Source: Cyanobacteriota bacterium (GTDB lineage Bacteria; Cyanobacteriota; Cyanobacteriia; Cyanobacteriales; Nostocaceae). Taken from it: DNA of 64,000 bases. Below, in pieces: positions 28,983 to 39,096 of the stretch. The notes beneath the pieces were generated by a model that made no database searches, was not told where the DNA came from, and worked only from the letters and a program-made list of their open reading frames with translations. The stretch's first letter is position 1, and the number at the start of each line of letters is the position of its first letter. Made by a program: the position numbers and the translations under genes. The stretch is from contig JBJOKS010000022.1 in NCBI GenBank assembly GCA_046045965.1, forward strand, positions 1 to 64,000, written 5' to 3'.

Positions 28983-29045
28983 TTCATAATTCATAATTCA
29001 TATTTTTTAAATTACGAATTACGAATTACGAATTACGAATTGTGA
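28980..29045. repeat. STRR arrays (TAATTCA; AATTACG)
   Basis: Visible heptamer arrays. Confidence 0.8.
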
Positions 29046-29052
29046 ATTAATA

Positions 29053-29271
29053 TTAATGATGTCTTCTGTTGCTTCTGTAGTTACGACATCTATAATACCT
29101 GCCATGATAATATCTATAACGATTTCTTCCAGTGCAGGTCCGATAACGTCTCACATGGGTAGTAGTCTGACGACGACGATAATGAGGATGTGCATCAGCA
29201 TTTTCTGTAATACCCAACACTGAAATAGACGCTATCACAGTAGCGAGAAGAAAAGAAGTAATACGTTTCAT
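29053..29271 (-). CDS. Small secreted Arg/Tyr/His-rich protein
   Basis: Sec signal peptide ending ADA, then a highly basic mature region. Confidence 0.7.
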   Translation of the reverse strand: MKRITSFLLATVIASISVLGITENADAHPHYRRRQTTTHVRRYRTCTGRNRYRYYHGRYYRCRNYRSNRRHH

Positions 29272-29391
29272 GAGGGTAATTTGAAGAATTGGTAATTATT
29301 TCTACAAACGCAGGAAGATAATGAAGCGGAGATTCCATAAGACTTTGAATATATCTTATCATCAAAATTTATTTATGAACGAAAAAATTGA

Positions 29392-29432
29392 AGATCCCCA
29401 ACTTTTTTAATTTTTTCAGAAGTCGGGGATCT
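29392..29432. repeat. Second copy of the AGATCCCC...GGGGATCT inverted repeat
   Basis: agatccccaactttt...agaagtcggggatct. Confidence 0.65.
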
Positions 29433-29453
29433 GATATTCCCCAATAGAAGAGA

Positions 29454-30842
29454 TTACCAGGGATTGCCAATAATTGTAAAAGCAGACCAATAATAAGGGT
29501 GAGAAAAAGTTTTATCTCTCAATTCTGCTAATTCTGATGGTAATTGCAAACTTCCACTAGAACGTTGTAACTCACCCATTTTTAACCCTACTTTTCCTGT
29601 TATCATAGAGATTTGTGCTGCTTGGAGTGCTTTTGCTTTCAGTGGAGTTTGTTGCAAATGCTGATAAAATTCTGTCATTAATGCGAGAGTTCCCACATCG
29701 CTGACATTCCAAATACTAGCCAAAACAGATTTCACTCCTGACTTAACTGTTAACCCGGCAAAACCTAACTCTGCTTCTTGACTTCCTAATGCAGTTTTAC
29801 AAGCACTGAGAACTAATAAATCTACTGCTGGGTTATCCAATTGCAACTTTTCGATTTCATTTAATTTGATTCTTTCATTACCCCAGAACTGAATATAAGA
29901 CTGAGCGGGTGTTCCTGGGTTAAACTCTGCGTGGGTAGCTAAATGAACAACTTGATATGGCTGTTTCTTGCGTTGTGCTTGGAAATTTTTAATAGTGAAT
30001 TCTTGATTGATAAATTTTTTATTTGCTCCCAATTCTTGAGTAATTTCACCCAATTCTACTGGTACTGCTGGTAAAGATTCAAGTTGGGAAAATTCCGATG
30101 CTCCCATAGCTAAAACTTGGGAATATTTACCTTGATGGTAGTGAGGATTCATCAAATTAAAAGCAGGAATACGAGCGATACCATACTTTTCTACTAAAAA
30201 ATGCTCTCCATCATGTAATGCTGCTATTGGCAGAGTGCGTAAACCTGCTCCCAAGCAAAAAAGTATGGTGTCGATTTTTTCGGTTACTAGAGTAGATTCT
30301 AATGGTTTTACTATCCAATTATATAGTGTTTGTGCTGGTTGCAAGTATGCTTTAGTTCTGCGTCTGCTGGGACTGGTGATGGCGATATTTAGACTTTTTA
30401 CAACATCCATTAAAGTTTTCTTGTCAGCTTCTGCCACACTAGATATCTGTGGTTTTTTTCCAGGGGTGATAATTACTAGTTGCAGTTGTTTTTTGCGTGA
30501 AACTATCCAGACTACAGCAGGTTGTGTAGCAGTTTGTTGAGATGTTTGAGCAAGTTTCTCAGCTATACCTTCAGGGGTTAATGAAAAATTTGGCAGATTT
30601 TTACCAAAATATTGTTCATAGTCTACTTCCCACTGTTGCTCAACTTTACTTACTACTTCACTAAAATTTTTGTTTTTGATAATTCTATCCAATTCTTCTT
30701 CTTTAACAGCATAGGCAGATTGATGGTGGAGGAGAGTGCTAAAGGTAATGGTACTCAAAAGTATTAAAGTAAATAATAAAGAAAATGTAATTACTTTTTT
30801 CGATTTATTGTGAAGCATGAATTTATTTCCTAACCAATTCAC
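29454..30842 (-). CDS. CHAT (caspase-like) domain protein with N-terminal TM/signal
   Basis: VHLATHA and VLSACKTA dyad; HPYYWSAF..IGNPW. Confidence 0.92.
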   Translation of the reverse strand: MNWLGNKFMLHNKSKKVITFSLLFTLILLSTITFSTLLHHQSAYAVKEEELDRIIKNKNFSEVVSKVEQQWEVDYEQYFGKNLPNFSLTPEGIAEKLAQTSQQTATQPAVVWIVSRKKQLQLVIITPGKKPQISSVAEADKKTLMDVVKSLNIAITSPSRRRTKAYLQPAQTLYNWIVKPLESTLVTEKIDTILFCLGAGLRTLPIAALHDGEHFLVEKYGIARIPAFNLMNPHYHQGKYSQVLAMGASEFSQLESLPAVPVELGEITQELGANKKFINQEFTIKNFQAQRKKQPYQVVHLATHAEFNPGTPAQSYIQFWGNERIKLNEIEKLQLDNPAVDLLVLSACKTALGSQEAELGFAGLTVKSGVKSVLASIWNVSDVGTLALMTEFYQHLQQTPLKAKALQAAQISMITGKVGLKMGELQRSSGSLQLPSELAELRDKTFSHPYYWSAFTIIGNPW

Positions 30843-30913
30843 AAAACAATCCTCCTCTTGCTTCTGCGTGAGAAAATTATGATTTTGGTGGGCATTTGCC
30901 CACCCTATAAATT

Positions 30914-32062
30914 CTACTTTTTCAAAACCTGCTTCAAAGCATCCACTAAGTGATCTACACTTTCAGGACGACTGTTAAAACCCATTAAACCCACACGCCA
31001 AACTTTACCGGCAAGTTCTCCCAAACCGCCACCAACTTCTATGTTATGCTCAAGTAATAACTGCCGTGCCACTGCTTTACCATCCACCCCTTCAGGTATG
31101 CAAACAGTAGTTAAAGTTGGTAAACGATATTCCTTATCAACGTGCATTTTTAAACCGATACTTTCCAAACTTTCCCAAAGATACTCGACATTTTTTTGAT
31201 GACGTTGCCAGCAATTTGCTAAACCTTCTGCTGCTACTAAACGCAAAGCTTCCCGTAAACCATAATATAAATTAATCGGGGCTGTGTGGTGATATGTGCG
31301 TTCAGTACCCCAATATTTTCCTAACAACAACATATCTAAATACCAGTTGGCAACCTTAGTCTCGCGTTTCTGCAATTTCTCCATTGCGCGGGGACTCATA
31401 GTAAAGGGGGAAGCACCAGGAGAACAACCTAAACCTTTTTGACTGCAACTATAAGCTAAGTCCACTCCCCACTGATCCAAAAAGATGGGAACGCCACCCA
31501 AACTGGTGACAGTATCCACTAACAGCAATGTGCCATATTTACGGCATAACTCACCCACTTCTTCCAGGGGTTGACGTGCGCCGGTGGAGGTTTCTGCATG
31601 AACTAAAGCTAAAATTGCCGGTTTGTGAGTTTCTAAAGCTGTGCTAATTTCATCTAAAGAAAAGACTTGTCCCCAGGGTTTGGTAATGGTGCGTACATCT
31701 GCGCCATATCTTCCCGCCATATCTACTAAGCGATTTCCGAAGTAACCAGCTACACCGATTAATACCACATCTCCCGGTTCTACGGTATTAGCAAGGGTGG
31801 CTTCCATTGCGGCTGTACCTGTACCGCTAACGGCAATAGTGTGGGGGTTTTCCGTTTGCCAGACGTAGCGTAGTAAAGATTGAATTTCATCCATTAGGGT
31901 TAAAAATGCCGGATCTAAATGCCCTAAAGGTGTGGTGTTCATGGCCTGCAATACCGCAGGATGGGCGTTAGAAGGTCCAGGACCGAGTAATAAACGGTTG
32001 GGAACTTCTAGGGGTGAAAGTTTTAACGCGTGACGGTCATTGATAGAAATTGTGGATGTCAT
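30914..32062 (-). CDS. Alanine--glyoxylate/serine--pyruvate aminotransferase (class V)
   Basis: LLGPGPSN, VHAETSTG, CSQKGL (PLP lysine), YHHTAP. Confidence 0.93.
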   Translation of the reverse strand: MTSTISINDRHALKLSPLEVPNRLLLGPGPSNAHPAVLQAMNTTPLGHLDPAFLTLMDEIQSLLRYVWQTENPHTIAVSGTGTAAMEATLANTVEPGDVVLIGVAGYFGNRLVDMAGRYGADVRTITKPWGQVFSLDEISTALETHKPAILALVHAETSTGARQPLEEVGELCRKYGTLLLVDTVTSLGGVPIFLDQWGVDLAYSCSQKGLGCSPGASPFTMSPRAMEKLQKRETKVANWYLDMLLLGKYWGTERTYHHTAPINLYYGLREALRLVAAEGLANCWQRHQKNVEYLWESLESIGLKMHVDKEYRLPTLTTVCIPEGVDGKAVARQLLLEHNIEVGGGLGELAGKVWRVGLMGFNSRPESVDHLVDALKQVLKK

Positions 32063-32495
32063 AATTTTTTTTGGCTAAAGGGTAATTAATCGCATGATAA
32101 AACGATTAGATTACCGATGTTTTTCATTTCCTTCAAGATTGTCTATCATTCGTAGGAAGATGCAATAGCTCTCAAGTCTTAAAGTGGATATAACAAGCTG
32201 TAGTTGATGCCTCATGATTTTACTAGATGCCATGCACCCAGCTGCTGTCTCCACTGCTCTCAGTTTTGCTTTAAGAGCAAATAACGTCAGTAATCTGGTA
32301 TTATTTGCTTGGGCGCTGGCAATCACAGCAATTTTGGTAAGTTTGGAGCGTTATGCTTTGTGGTTATTAGCACATTACGCAAGTGACAGGTGACAGAGAA
32401 GAAGATTCATGGCGATCGCTTTATATTTCTAATTATTTAATATTTAATTTAACTACCTTAATTTATCATCAGTAGTTGTAAATAGGAAAATAGCT

Positions 32496-32561
32496 ATTAG
32501 TAAAGCTCAAGCAAAAGCATGAGGAGAATTTTTTAATGTTTCTCCAGCATTGTTTATTTAA
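32496..32561 (+). repeat. 66-bp direct repeat, copy 1 (copy 2 at 34289-34354)
   Basis: 45-bp identical core aagctcaagcaaaagcatgaggagaattttttaatgtttctccag. Confidence 0.92.
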
Positions 32562-32571
32562 AGATTTAGCT

Positions 32572-32607
32572 AAACCCGCCAGAGTGAAGGGAAGAATGGC
32601 GGGTTTT
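32572..32607. terminator. Terminator-like hairpin downstream of NDH-2
   Basis: aaacccgcca...tggcgggtttt. Confidence 0.5.
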
Positions 32608-32647
32608 TCCATAAAATTCAATGCAGTGGGACTACAAACCACAAATC

Positions 32648-34009
32648 CTAGAGCTTAACTGGCTGCTTCTTTTCATTAGTCTGAGAATCACTGCTATTGT
32701 TAACAGTTTGTGGTGCTAAAAAAGCTTCTTTACCTGTAATCAATCGAGAGCGACGATTACGAGTGATATAATTCCAAGCCCATTGAATTACTACTACTAA
32801 TTTAGTATCAAACTCAATTAAGAAGTAGATGTGAATTATGAGCCAAAATACCCAAGCAAGGAAACCTGTGAGTTTAATGAAGCCTAAATCTACAACAGCT
32901 AAATTTTGTCCAATCATTGCCAAACTACCCACATCGGTGTAATGAAATTCTGGCAAAGTATGACCTTGAAGCCGGAGTTGAATTAGTCCACCTACATATT
33001 CTCCTTGTTGTTTGGCTACGGGTGCAACACCAGGTAAGGGTTTACCATTTTGATGGGAGAAGTTAGCTAAATCTCCAATTACGAAAATGTTTTTATAACC
33101 CTTGATACTCAAGTCAGGTTCTACAATTACTCTTCCAGAGAAATCGCATTCTACATCTGTTCTTTCTGCTAGGACTTTACCCAGAGCCGAACCTTGAACA
33201 CCTGCTGCCCACAATACAGTTTTTGAGGCAATTTCTGTCAATTTATCATCTTGCTTAAAAGTAACAACGTCATTTTCAATATTTGTGACTCTAGTTTGAG
33301 TGTGGATAACCACTCCCAACTTTTGCAAAGATTCTGTTGCTACTTTCGATAATTCTGGCGCAATATGTGGGAGGATGCGAGCGCCCCCTTGCAATAGTAA
33401 AATTTTCGTTTCTGAGGTGTTGATGTTGCGGAAATCTTCTTTGAGAGTTTTGTATGCCAACTCAGCGATCGCACCTGCTAATTCTACACCAGTCGGACCA
33501 CCACCCACAATCACAAAAGTTAAGAAAGCACGGCGTTTTTCGGGATCAGTTTCTTTTTCTGCTGCTTCAAATGCCGAAAATATCCGCCGACGCATTTCTA
33601 TGGCATCTTCCACCGTTTTCAAGCCAGGAGCAAATTCTTTCCAGTTATCTTTACCAAAATAGGAATGATTAGCACCTGTGGCAACAACTAATGTATCATA
33701 ATGTATTACTTCATCACCCAGAATAACTTGTTGCGCTTTTGGATCAATATAATTTACTTCCCCCAACAACACTTTTGTATTCTTGCTTTTGCTGAATACA
33801 GATCGCAATGGTGCGGAAATATCAGCAGGTGATAAAGTACCTGTGGCAACTTGATATAAAAGCGGCTGAAATAAGTGAAAGTTGCGTTTATCAATGAGAG
33901 TAACATTGACATTTGCGTTGGCCAAAGCCTTTGCTGTATACAGTCCACCAAAGCCACCACCAATGATAACAACCTCATGTGATGGCTTTTTATCAAGTGA
34001 AACTACCAT
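32648..34009 (-). CDS. Type II NADH dehydrogenase (NDH-2)
   Basis: GGGFGG, FQPLLYQVATG, GGGPTGVELAG, GD..PGVAPVA.QQG. Confidence 0.93.
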   Translation of the reverse strand: MVVSLDKKPSHEVVIIGGGFGGLYTAKALANANVNVTLIDKRNFHLFQPLLYQVATGTLSPADISAPLRSVFSKSKNTKVLLGEVNYIDPKAQQVILGDEVIHYDTLVVATGANHSYFGKDNWKEFAPGLKTVEDAIEMRRRIFSAFEAAEKETDPEKRRAFLTFVIVGGGPTGVELAGAIAELAYKTLKEDFRNINTSETKILLLQGGARILPHIAPELSKVATESLQKLGVVIHTQTRVTNIENDVVTFKQDDKLTEIASKTVLWAAGVQGSALGKVLAERTDVECDFSGRVIVEPDLSIKGYKNIFVIGDLANFSHQNGKPLPGVAPVAKQQGEYVGGLIQLRLQGHTLPEFHYTDVGSLAMIGQNLAVVDLGFIKLTGFLAWVFWLIIHIYFLIEFDTKLVVVIQWAWNYITRNRRSRLITGKEAFLAPQTVNNSSDSQTNEKKQPVKL

Positions 34010-34117
34010 AAGAAATATTTCCTTTTGTTAAGAGGCGTGTAATGTTTCTTAACAAATATGTAACAAGATTATAATATATTTTGCCGTTTATTTAGAACAC
34101 TTGAAAAAATAATAAAC

Positions 34118-34131
34118 GTAGTCAAAGTTAC
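34118..34131. promoter_or_regulatory. Possible NtcA box
   Basis: GTA-gtcaaagt-TAC between the divergent NDH-2 and urtA-like genes; no canonically spaced -10 seen. Confidence 0.3.
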
Positions 34132-34288
34132 TAATCAGTTATTATTAAAAGGGAACAAGGAGAAGAAGGAGAAGAAGTTAGACTCATCAACTCATTTGTA
34201 CTCCTGTATTCTCTTGTAAACCAGTTTTAGGTGGGGTTTCGTTCCTAGACCTAAGACTATTGGTATTTTACGGTTAATGTTGGATGCA

Positions 34289-34354
34289 ATTAGTTAAGCT
34301 CAAGCAAAAGCATGAGGAGAATTTTTTAATGTTTCTCCAGGATGGTTTATTTAA
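34289..34354 (+). repeat. 66-bp direct repeat, copy 2
   Basis: Matches 32496-32561 with 3 mismatches. Confidence 0.92.
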
Positions 34355-34444
34355 TAGTAAAATCACTCCACAGCAACTTATGACACTAACCCTCAAAATT
34401 TATCCTCCAGCATTTCTCTAGTTAATTTACAGCTTAGAAAACTG

Positions 34445-35704
34445 ATGAATAAAAAAATTATTCTTTTATTTGTAGCTTTTGGATTAGGGTTAACAATATA
34501 TTTTTTAACTCATATCCAGTTTCAACTCTCCCAAAAACCTATAAAAGTTGGTATTCTTCATTCTCTGACTGGTACAATGGCAATTAGTGAGAAATCTGTG
34601 GTAGATGCTACCTTACTCGCTATTGAAGAAATCAATAAAAAAGGCGGTATTCTCGGCAGAAAAATTCAACCAATTATTGTTGATGGTAAATCTGACTGGA
34701 ATACATTTGCGAAACAAGCTGAAAACCTAATTACTCAAGAAAAAGTAGTGACAGTTTTTGGTTGCTGGACTTCCGCTAGTCGTAAAACAGTAAAGCCTAT
34801 ATTTGAGAAATACAATCATCTCCTGATTTATCCTGTTCAGTATGAAGGACTAGAAGAATCACCAAATATTGTTTATACAGGTGCAGCACCAAACCAACAA
34901 ATTATTCCCGCTGTCAAGTGGTCTTTTGATAATTTAGGTAAACGCTTTTTCTTAGTTGGTTCTGATTATATTTTTCCGCGTACAGCCAACGCTATTATTA
35001 AAGATCAAGTAACCGCCTTGCAAGGAGAAATTTTAGGAGAAGAATATATACTTTTGGGTTCTACTAAAGTAGAAACTGTGATCAATAAAATTGTGGCGAC
35101 TCAACCAAACGTCATTTTAAATACAATTAATGGTGATAGCAATATTGCTTTTTTTAAAGCTTTGAGAAAAGCGGGAATTAGCTCTGATATCATACCTACA
35201 ATTTCCTTTAGTATTGCTGAAGAAGAATTGAAATCTCTACCAAATAAAGATGTGGTAGGTGATTATGCAGTTTGGAATTATTTTCAGAATATTAATAATC
35301 CTAAAAACAGGGAATTTATTCAAAACTTTAAAACAAAGTATGGTAAAAATAGAGTAACATCTGACCCCATTGAAGCTGGATATTTTGGAGTTTATTTGTG
35401 GGCGCAAGCAGTAAAAGACGCTGGTACAGATGAAGTTAATACAATTCGGGAATATATGAAAGACCAAAGTTTTAAAGCACCACAAGGAGTTGTCTACATA
35501 GATGCTAATAACCAACATACGTGGAAAACAGTCAGGGTAGGGAAAATTCAGTCAGACGGACAATTTAAAATTGTTTGGAATTCCGGTAAACCAATTCGTC
35601 CTGTACCTTATCCTATCTCCCGTTCTAAAGCTGACTGGGAAGTATTTATAAACAATCTTTATCAAGGCTGGAATCAAAATTGGGCTAATCTTAATAATGA
35701 TTAA
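34445..35704 (+). CDS. UrtA-like urea/amide substrate-binding protein
   Basis: VGILHSLTGTMAISE, FGCWTSASRK, YPVQYEG, GSDYIFPR. Confidence 0.9.
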   Translation: MNKKIILLFVAFGLGLTIYFLTHIQFQLSQKPIKVGILHSLTGTMAISEKSVVDATLLAIEEINKKGGILGRKIQPIIVDGKSDWNTFAKQAENLITQEKVVTVFGCWTSASRKTVKPIFEKYNHLLIYPVQYEGLEESPNIVYTGAAPNQQIIPAVKWSFDNLGKRFFLVGSDYIFPRTANAIIKDQVTALQGEILGEEYILLGSTKVETVINKIVATQPNVILNTINGDSNIAFFKALRKAGISSDIIPTISFSIAEEELKSLPNKDVVGDYAVWNYFQNINNPKNREFIQNFKTKYGKNRVTSDPIEAGYFGVYLWAQAVKDAGTDEVNTIREYMKDQSFKAPQGVVYIDANNQHTWKTVRVGKIQSDGQFKIVWNSGKPIRPVPYPISRSKADWEVFINNLYQGWNQNWANLNND

Positions 35705-35824
35705 GTAGGTTGGCGTTAAAAATTGTCGTTGGGGCAAGGGAACAGGGAACAGGGAACAGGAAGAGAGTTTTGGGTGATTTTACTTTTCTTCACATACCTT
35801 TAAATTTTTCTGTTCACCTACTTA
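35702..35824. mobile_element. 123-bp MITE-like element
   Basis: Termini TAAGTAGGT...ACCTACTTA; internal (GGGAACA)n. Confidence 0.7.
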
Positions 35825-35844
35825 GATAAATATCTAAATTTGGA

Positions 35845-37941
35845 GTGAAGGATTTGAAAAATAAAAAACTTGTTAACAAACTACTATTGTGGTTTTTATT
35901 AATTGCCTTAGTACCCCTGAGTATAGTTACCTCTATACAATATTACATTGGACGGAATTCTTTAATAAAAGAAGTTAATAATAATTTAATTTCTATTGCA
36001 GATAATAAAGCTAAATTTTTAGATTTTTATATTAACGAAAAACAAAAAAATGCTGCAACTATCGCCCAAATACCAAATATAATTGATGCATCTGAAAAAT
36101 ATCAAAAAGCTGTTAACGACAATGGAATTAATGCGAGAAAATATCAGCAGATAGACAAACAATATCGTCAATTTATTACTAATTATTTAGATATATTTGG
36201 TTATTCTGATATCTTGTTAATCTCTCAATCTGGAAATACTATCTTCTCTATCAATAACAGCAAAGAAATAGGCAAAAACTACTATAAAGGAACTTATAAA
36301 AATTCTGAAATAGCTAAAGTATTTGACCGTGCCAAAACATTAATGCAAGTGGAAATATCCAATTTCACCTATTATACATCTAATAATGAACCCACAGCTT
36401 TTATTGCTGCCCCTATCTTTAAAAATAATCTAATTATTGGTGTATTAGTGCTGCAACTGAATAATCAAGAATTTAATAAAGTAGTCAATGACTATACTGG
36501 CTTAGGTAAAAGCGGTGAAACAATTGTCAGTTCATTAGTTAATGAACGCATAATTTTTACTGCTCCCACTAGACATGATCCAAAAGCAGCTTTTCAAAGA
36601 TATATCAATATTAGCAACAATCAATCACACCCACTCAACCAAGCAAATCAGGGTATTAAAGGAAATAGTATCACAATTGATTACCGGGGTAAAGAAACTA
36701 TTGCTGCTTGGAGATATTTACCTTCTTTAAATGCCGGACTTTTGGTAAAAATGGATGTGGGAGAAGTTTTTACACCCTTAAAAACCCTGCAAAATATTGT
36801 TATTATTTTAGGAAGTATTACACTTTTGTTAGTTACATTGGCAGCTATTATAGTTGCCAAATCTATTTCTCAACCAGTTATTGAACTTACCCAAGTAGTA
36901 CAAGAATTTGCTCAAGGAAATCTCAAAAAACAAGCATCAGTTTTTAGCGATGATGAAATTGGTCAATTAGAACTATCATTTAATCGCATGGCCGCACAAC
37001 TAGAAACATCCTTTGAAACTATTCAAGAACGGGAACAGGAACTGACTACAGCTAAAGAACAATTAGAAAAAGTTTTAGCAGAAGTGCAGCAGGAGGCACA
37101 TCAATTAGCGGCTCAATTAATTCAAAGTGAAAAGATGTCAAGTTTGGGACAGTTAGTAGCAGGTGTAGCACACGAAATCAACAACCCAATTAACTTTATT
37201 TATGGTAATCTCACTCCTGCCAATGAATACATTGAAGATTTATTGAGACTCTTAAAACTTTATCAAAAACACTATCCTCACCCAGTTCCAGAAATTGAAG
37301 ATGAAGCAGAAGCAATAGATATTGATTTCTTAATGGCAGACCTGCCTAAATTGCTGAATTCAATGGGAATTGGTGCTAAAAGAATAACCGAAATTGTGCG
37401 ATCGCTGCGAAACTTTTCTCGCTTAGATGAGGCAGAAATGAAAGCAGTAGATATCCATGAAGGTATTGATAGTACACTCATGATTTTAGAAAATCGTCTC
37501 AAAGCTACATCTGAGCGTCCAGCAATTGAAGTGATTAAAAAATACGCTGATTTACCATTAGTAGAGTGTTATACAGGACAACTTAATCAAGTATTTATGA
37601 ATATTCTTGCCAATGCAATTGATGCTTTGGAAGAAAGCAAAATCAAGAACTTTGTTGGTTTAGGTCAATTACAAATTTGTATTTACACAGAATTAATTAA
37701 TGATAAACAAGTCGTTATTCGCATTAAAGATAACGGTGTTGGTATCCCAGAGAAATTAAAAAGGCTATTATTTGATCCTTTTTTTACTACTAAACCTATA
37801 GGTAAAGGAACAGGTTTAGGTTTATCTATTAGTTATAAGATTATTACTGAACAACATCAGGGAAAATTAGAGTGTATTTCTTCCCCAGGAAAGGGTACAG
37901 AATTTATCATTACCATTCCCTTGTATCAAAATATTAAATAA
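35845..37941 (+). CDS. Cache-HAMP sensor histidine kinase
   Basis: Two TMs, DEIGQL..FN.M (HAMP), AHEINNP (H box), DNGVG, FFTTK, GTGLGL. Confidence 0.95.
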   Translation: MKDLKNKKLVNKLLLWFLLIALVPLSIVTSIQYYIGRNSLIKEVNNNLISIADNKAKFLDFYINEKQKNAATIAQIPNIIDASEKYQKAVNDNGINARKYQQIDKQYRQFITNYLDIFGYSDILLISQSGNTIFSINNSKEIGKNYYKGTYKNSEIAKVFDRAKTLMQVEISNFTYYTSNNEPTAFIAAPIFKNNLIIGVLVLQLNNQEFNKVVNDYTGLGKSGETIVSSLVNERIIFTAPTRHDPKAAFQRYINISNNQSHPLNQANQGIKGNSITIDYRGKETIAAWRYLPSLNAGLLVKMDVGEVFTPLKTLQNIVIILGSITLLLVTLAAIIVAKSISQPVIELTQVVQEFAQGNLKKQASVFSDDEIGQLELSFNRMAAQLETSFETIQEREQELTTAKEQLEKVLAEVQQEAHQLAAQLIQSEKMSSLGQLVAGVAHEINNPINFIYGNLTPANEYIEDLLRLLKLYQKHYPHPVPEIEDEAEAIDIDFLMADLPKLLNSMGIGAKRITEIVRSLRNFSRLDEAEMKAVDIHEGIDSTLMILENRLKATSERPAIEVIKKYADLPLVECYTGQLNQVFMNILANAIDALEESKIKNFVGLGQLQICIYTELINDKQVVIRIKDNGVGIPEKLKRLLFDPFFTTKPIGKGTGLGLSISYKIITEQHQGKLECISSPGKGTEFIITIPLYQNIK

Positions 37942-38001
37942 GGTAACTACAAGACCTGTACTTATAATACTTCTCGTTTAATCATCGACCAATTAATTAC
38001 C

Positions 38002-39096
38002 CTAATCTAACACTTCCGAAGAGAACAGAGAAGATAATACCTGAAAATATGGCATTAAAGTATTAGCTTGTACAACAGTTAGGTGATCTTGAATTTCAAA
38101 CCTCAGTAAATGTAACATTTGCCGGATTAATTCCCATTTCACTTTTAAGGTAGGATAGAGCATCACACACAGAGGAAATAACTCTTCTTGAATAGCAGAA
38201 ATGCTGCCTTCTAAAGCACATACCCATAAATAAACTTGGAACATTTCCACATCCCGAATGCTGGAAGTTCTGACCACTTCATCAGTCAACATACCAGACA
38301 TAGTTTCATACTTGGGGAAAATTTCAATAATTCTTTTAGAAACTTTCTTGGCAATCTCTGTACTAGCTGGTAATAGTGTTTGCACTGCGGATATAACTGG
38401 AGAATTATAATCATGTTTCGCAGCTGCCAGATAAGCTCGCTGCAAAGGCATATACAAATGGTCATCAATAACTTTAAAATATGCACCTATCAGCGATCGC
38501 TCAAAACCCTCTAGCGGTGCTATCAGCATTTGTCCAGTGTAGTGAAACTGCATACTCACAAAACCAATGGCTCTAGGGTCAATGATTGTATATTTTTTTC
38601 TCATTGCTCCTAAATCTGCACCAATAACCTTCGCCAATTCGTTAGGAGCTACCTGTTCAGTATAAACCTCTAATGCCTCTTGATATATTTGATGATCTTT
38701 TTCAGCTAATTTCATCACAAAAGCAAGAGGCCGATTTACTGCTGATTGGGTGTATACATCCAAAGCTTTTTGGTAAATCTGATAACAATCCCCGGAAATC
38801 TCCCAAGGATTAATGATGTTGAAGTCTATACGGTGTTGGATGATTTGATCTGCTAGTAGCTCCTCTGTTTTATTCCAAGCTTTAGCACTGACACTTCGTA
38901 AAGATGCCATGATTTTTTGGGCTGTTTTCTTGCGTCCTGCTGGTGATACTATCTCTGACAAATTCAGCGGCTGATCATGTTCTTGAATATAAGTATCAAC
39001 CAAGAGGTTCTGCAAATACTTTTTAGCCCATTGCTGTGCTAAAGGTTCAGCGGCTAGTGTATTTTCTGTATCTGATAATGGCTCTATATCTGACAC
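38002..39096 (-). CDS. Hypothetical protein (helical, possibly globin/phycobiliprotein-like C-terminus)
   Basis: 364-aa ORF; SSIRDVEMFQVYL resembles the phycobiliprotein RD..LRY helix. Confidence 0.75.
   Translation of the reverse strand: MSDIEPLSDTENTLAAEPLAQQWAKKYLQNLLVDTYIQEHDQPLNLSEIVSPAGRKKTAQKIMASLRSVSAKAWNKTEELLADQIIQHRIDFNIINPWEISGDCYQIYQKALDVYTQSAVNRPLAFVMKLAEKDHQIYQEALEVYTEQVAPNELAKVIGADLGAMRKKYTIIDPRAIGFVSMQFHYTGQMLIAPLEGFERSLIGAYFKVIDDHLYMPLQRAYLAAAKHDYNSPVISAVQTLLPASTEIAKKVSKRIIEIFPKYETMSGMLTDEVVRTSSIRDVEMFQVYLWVCALEGSISAIQEELFPLCVMLYPTLKVKWELIRQMLHLLRFEIQDHLTVVQANTLMPYFQVLSSLFSSEVLD

Noticed and set aside
32111..32326. 71-aa ORF upstream of AGT
   Set aside because: GTG start and no recognisable similarity; cannot be supported from sequence alone
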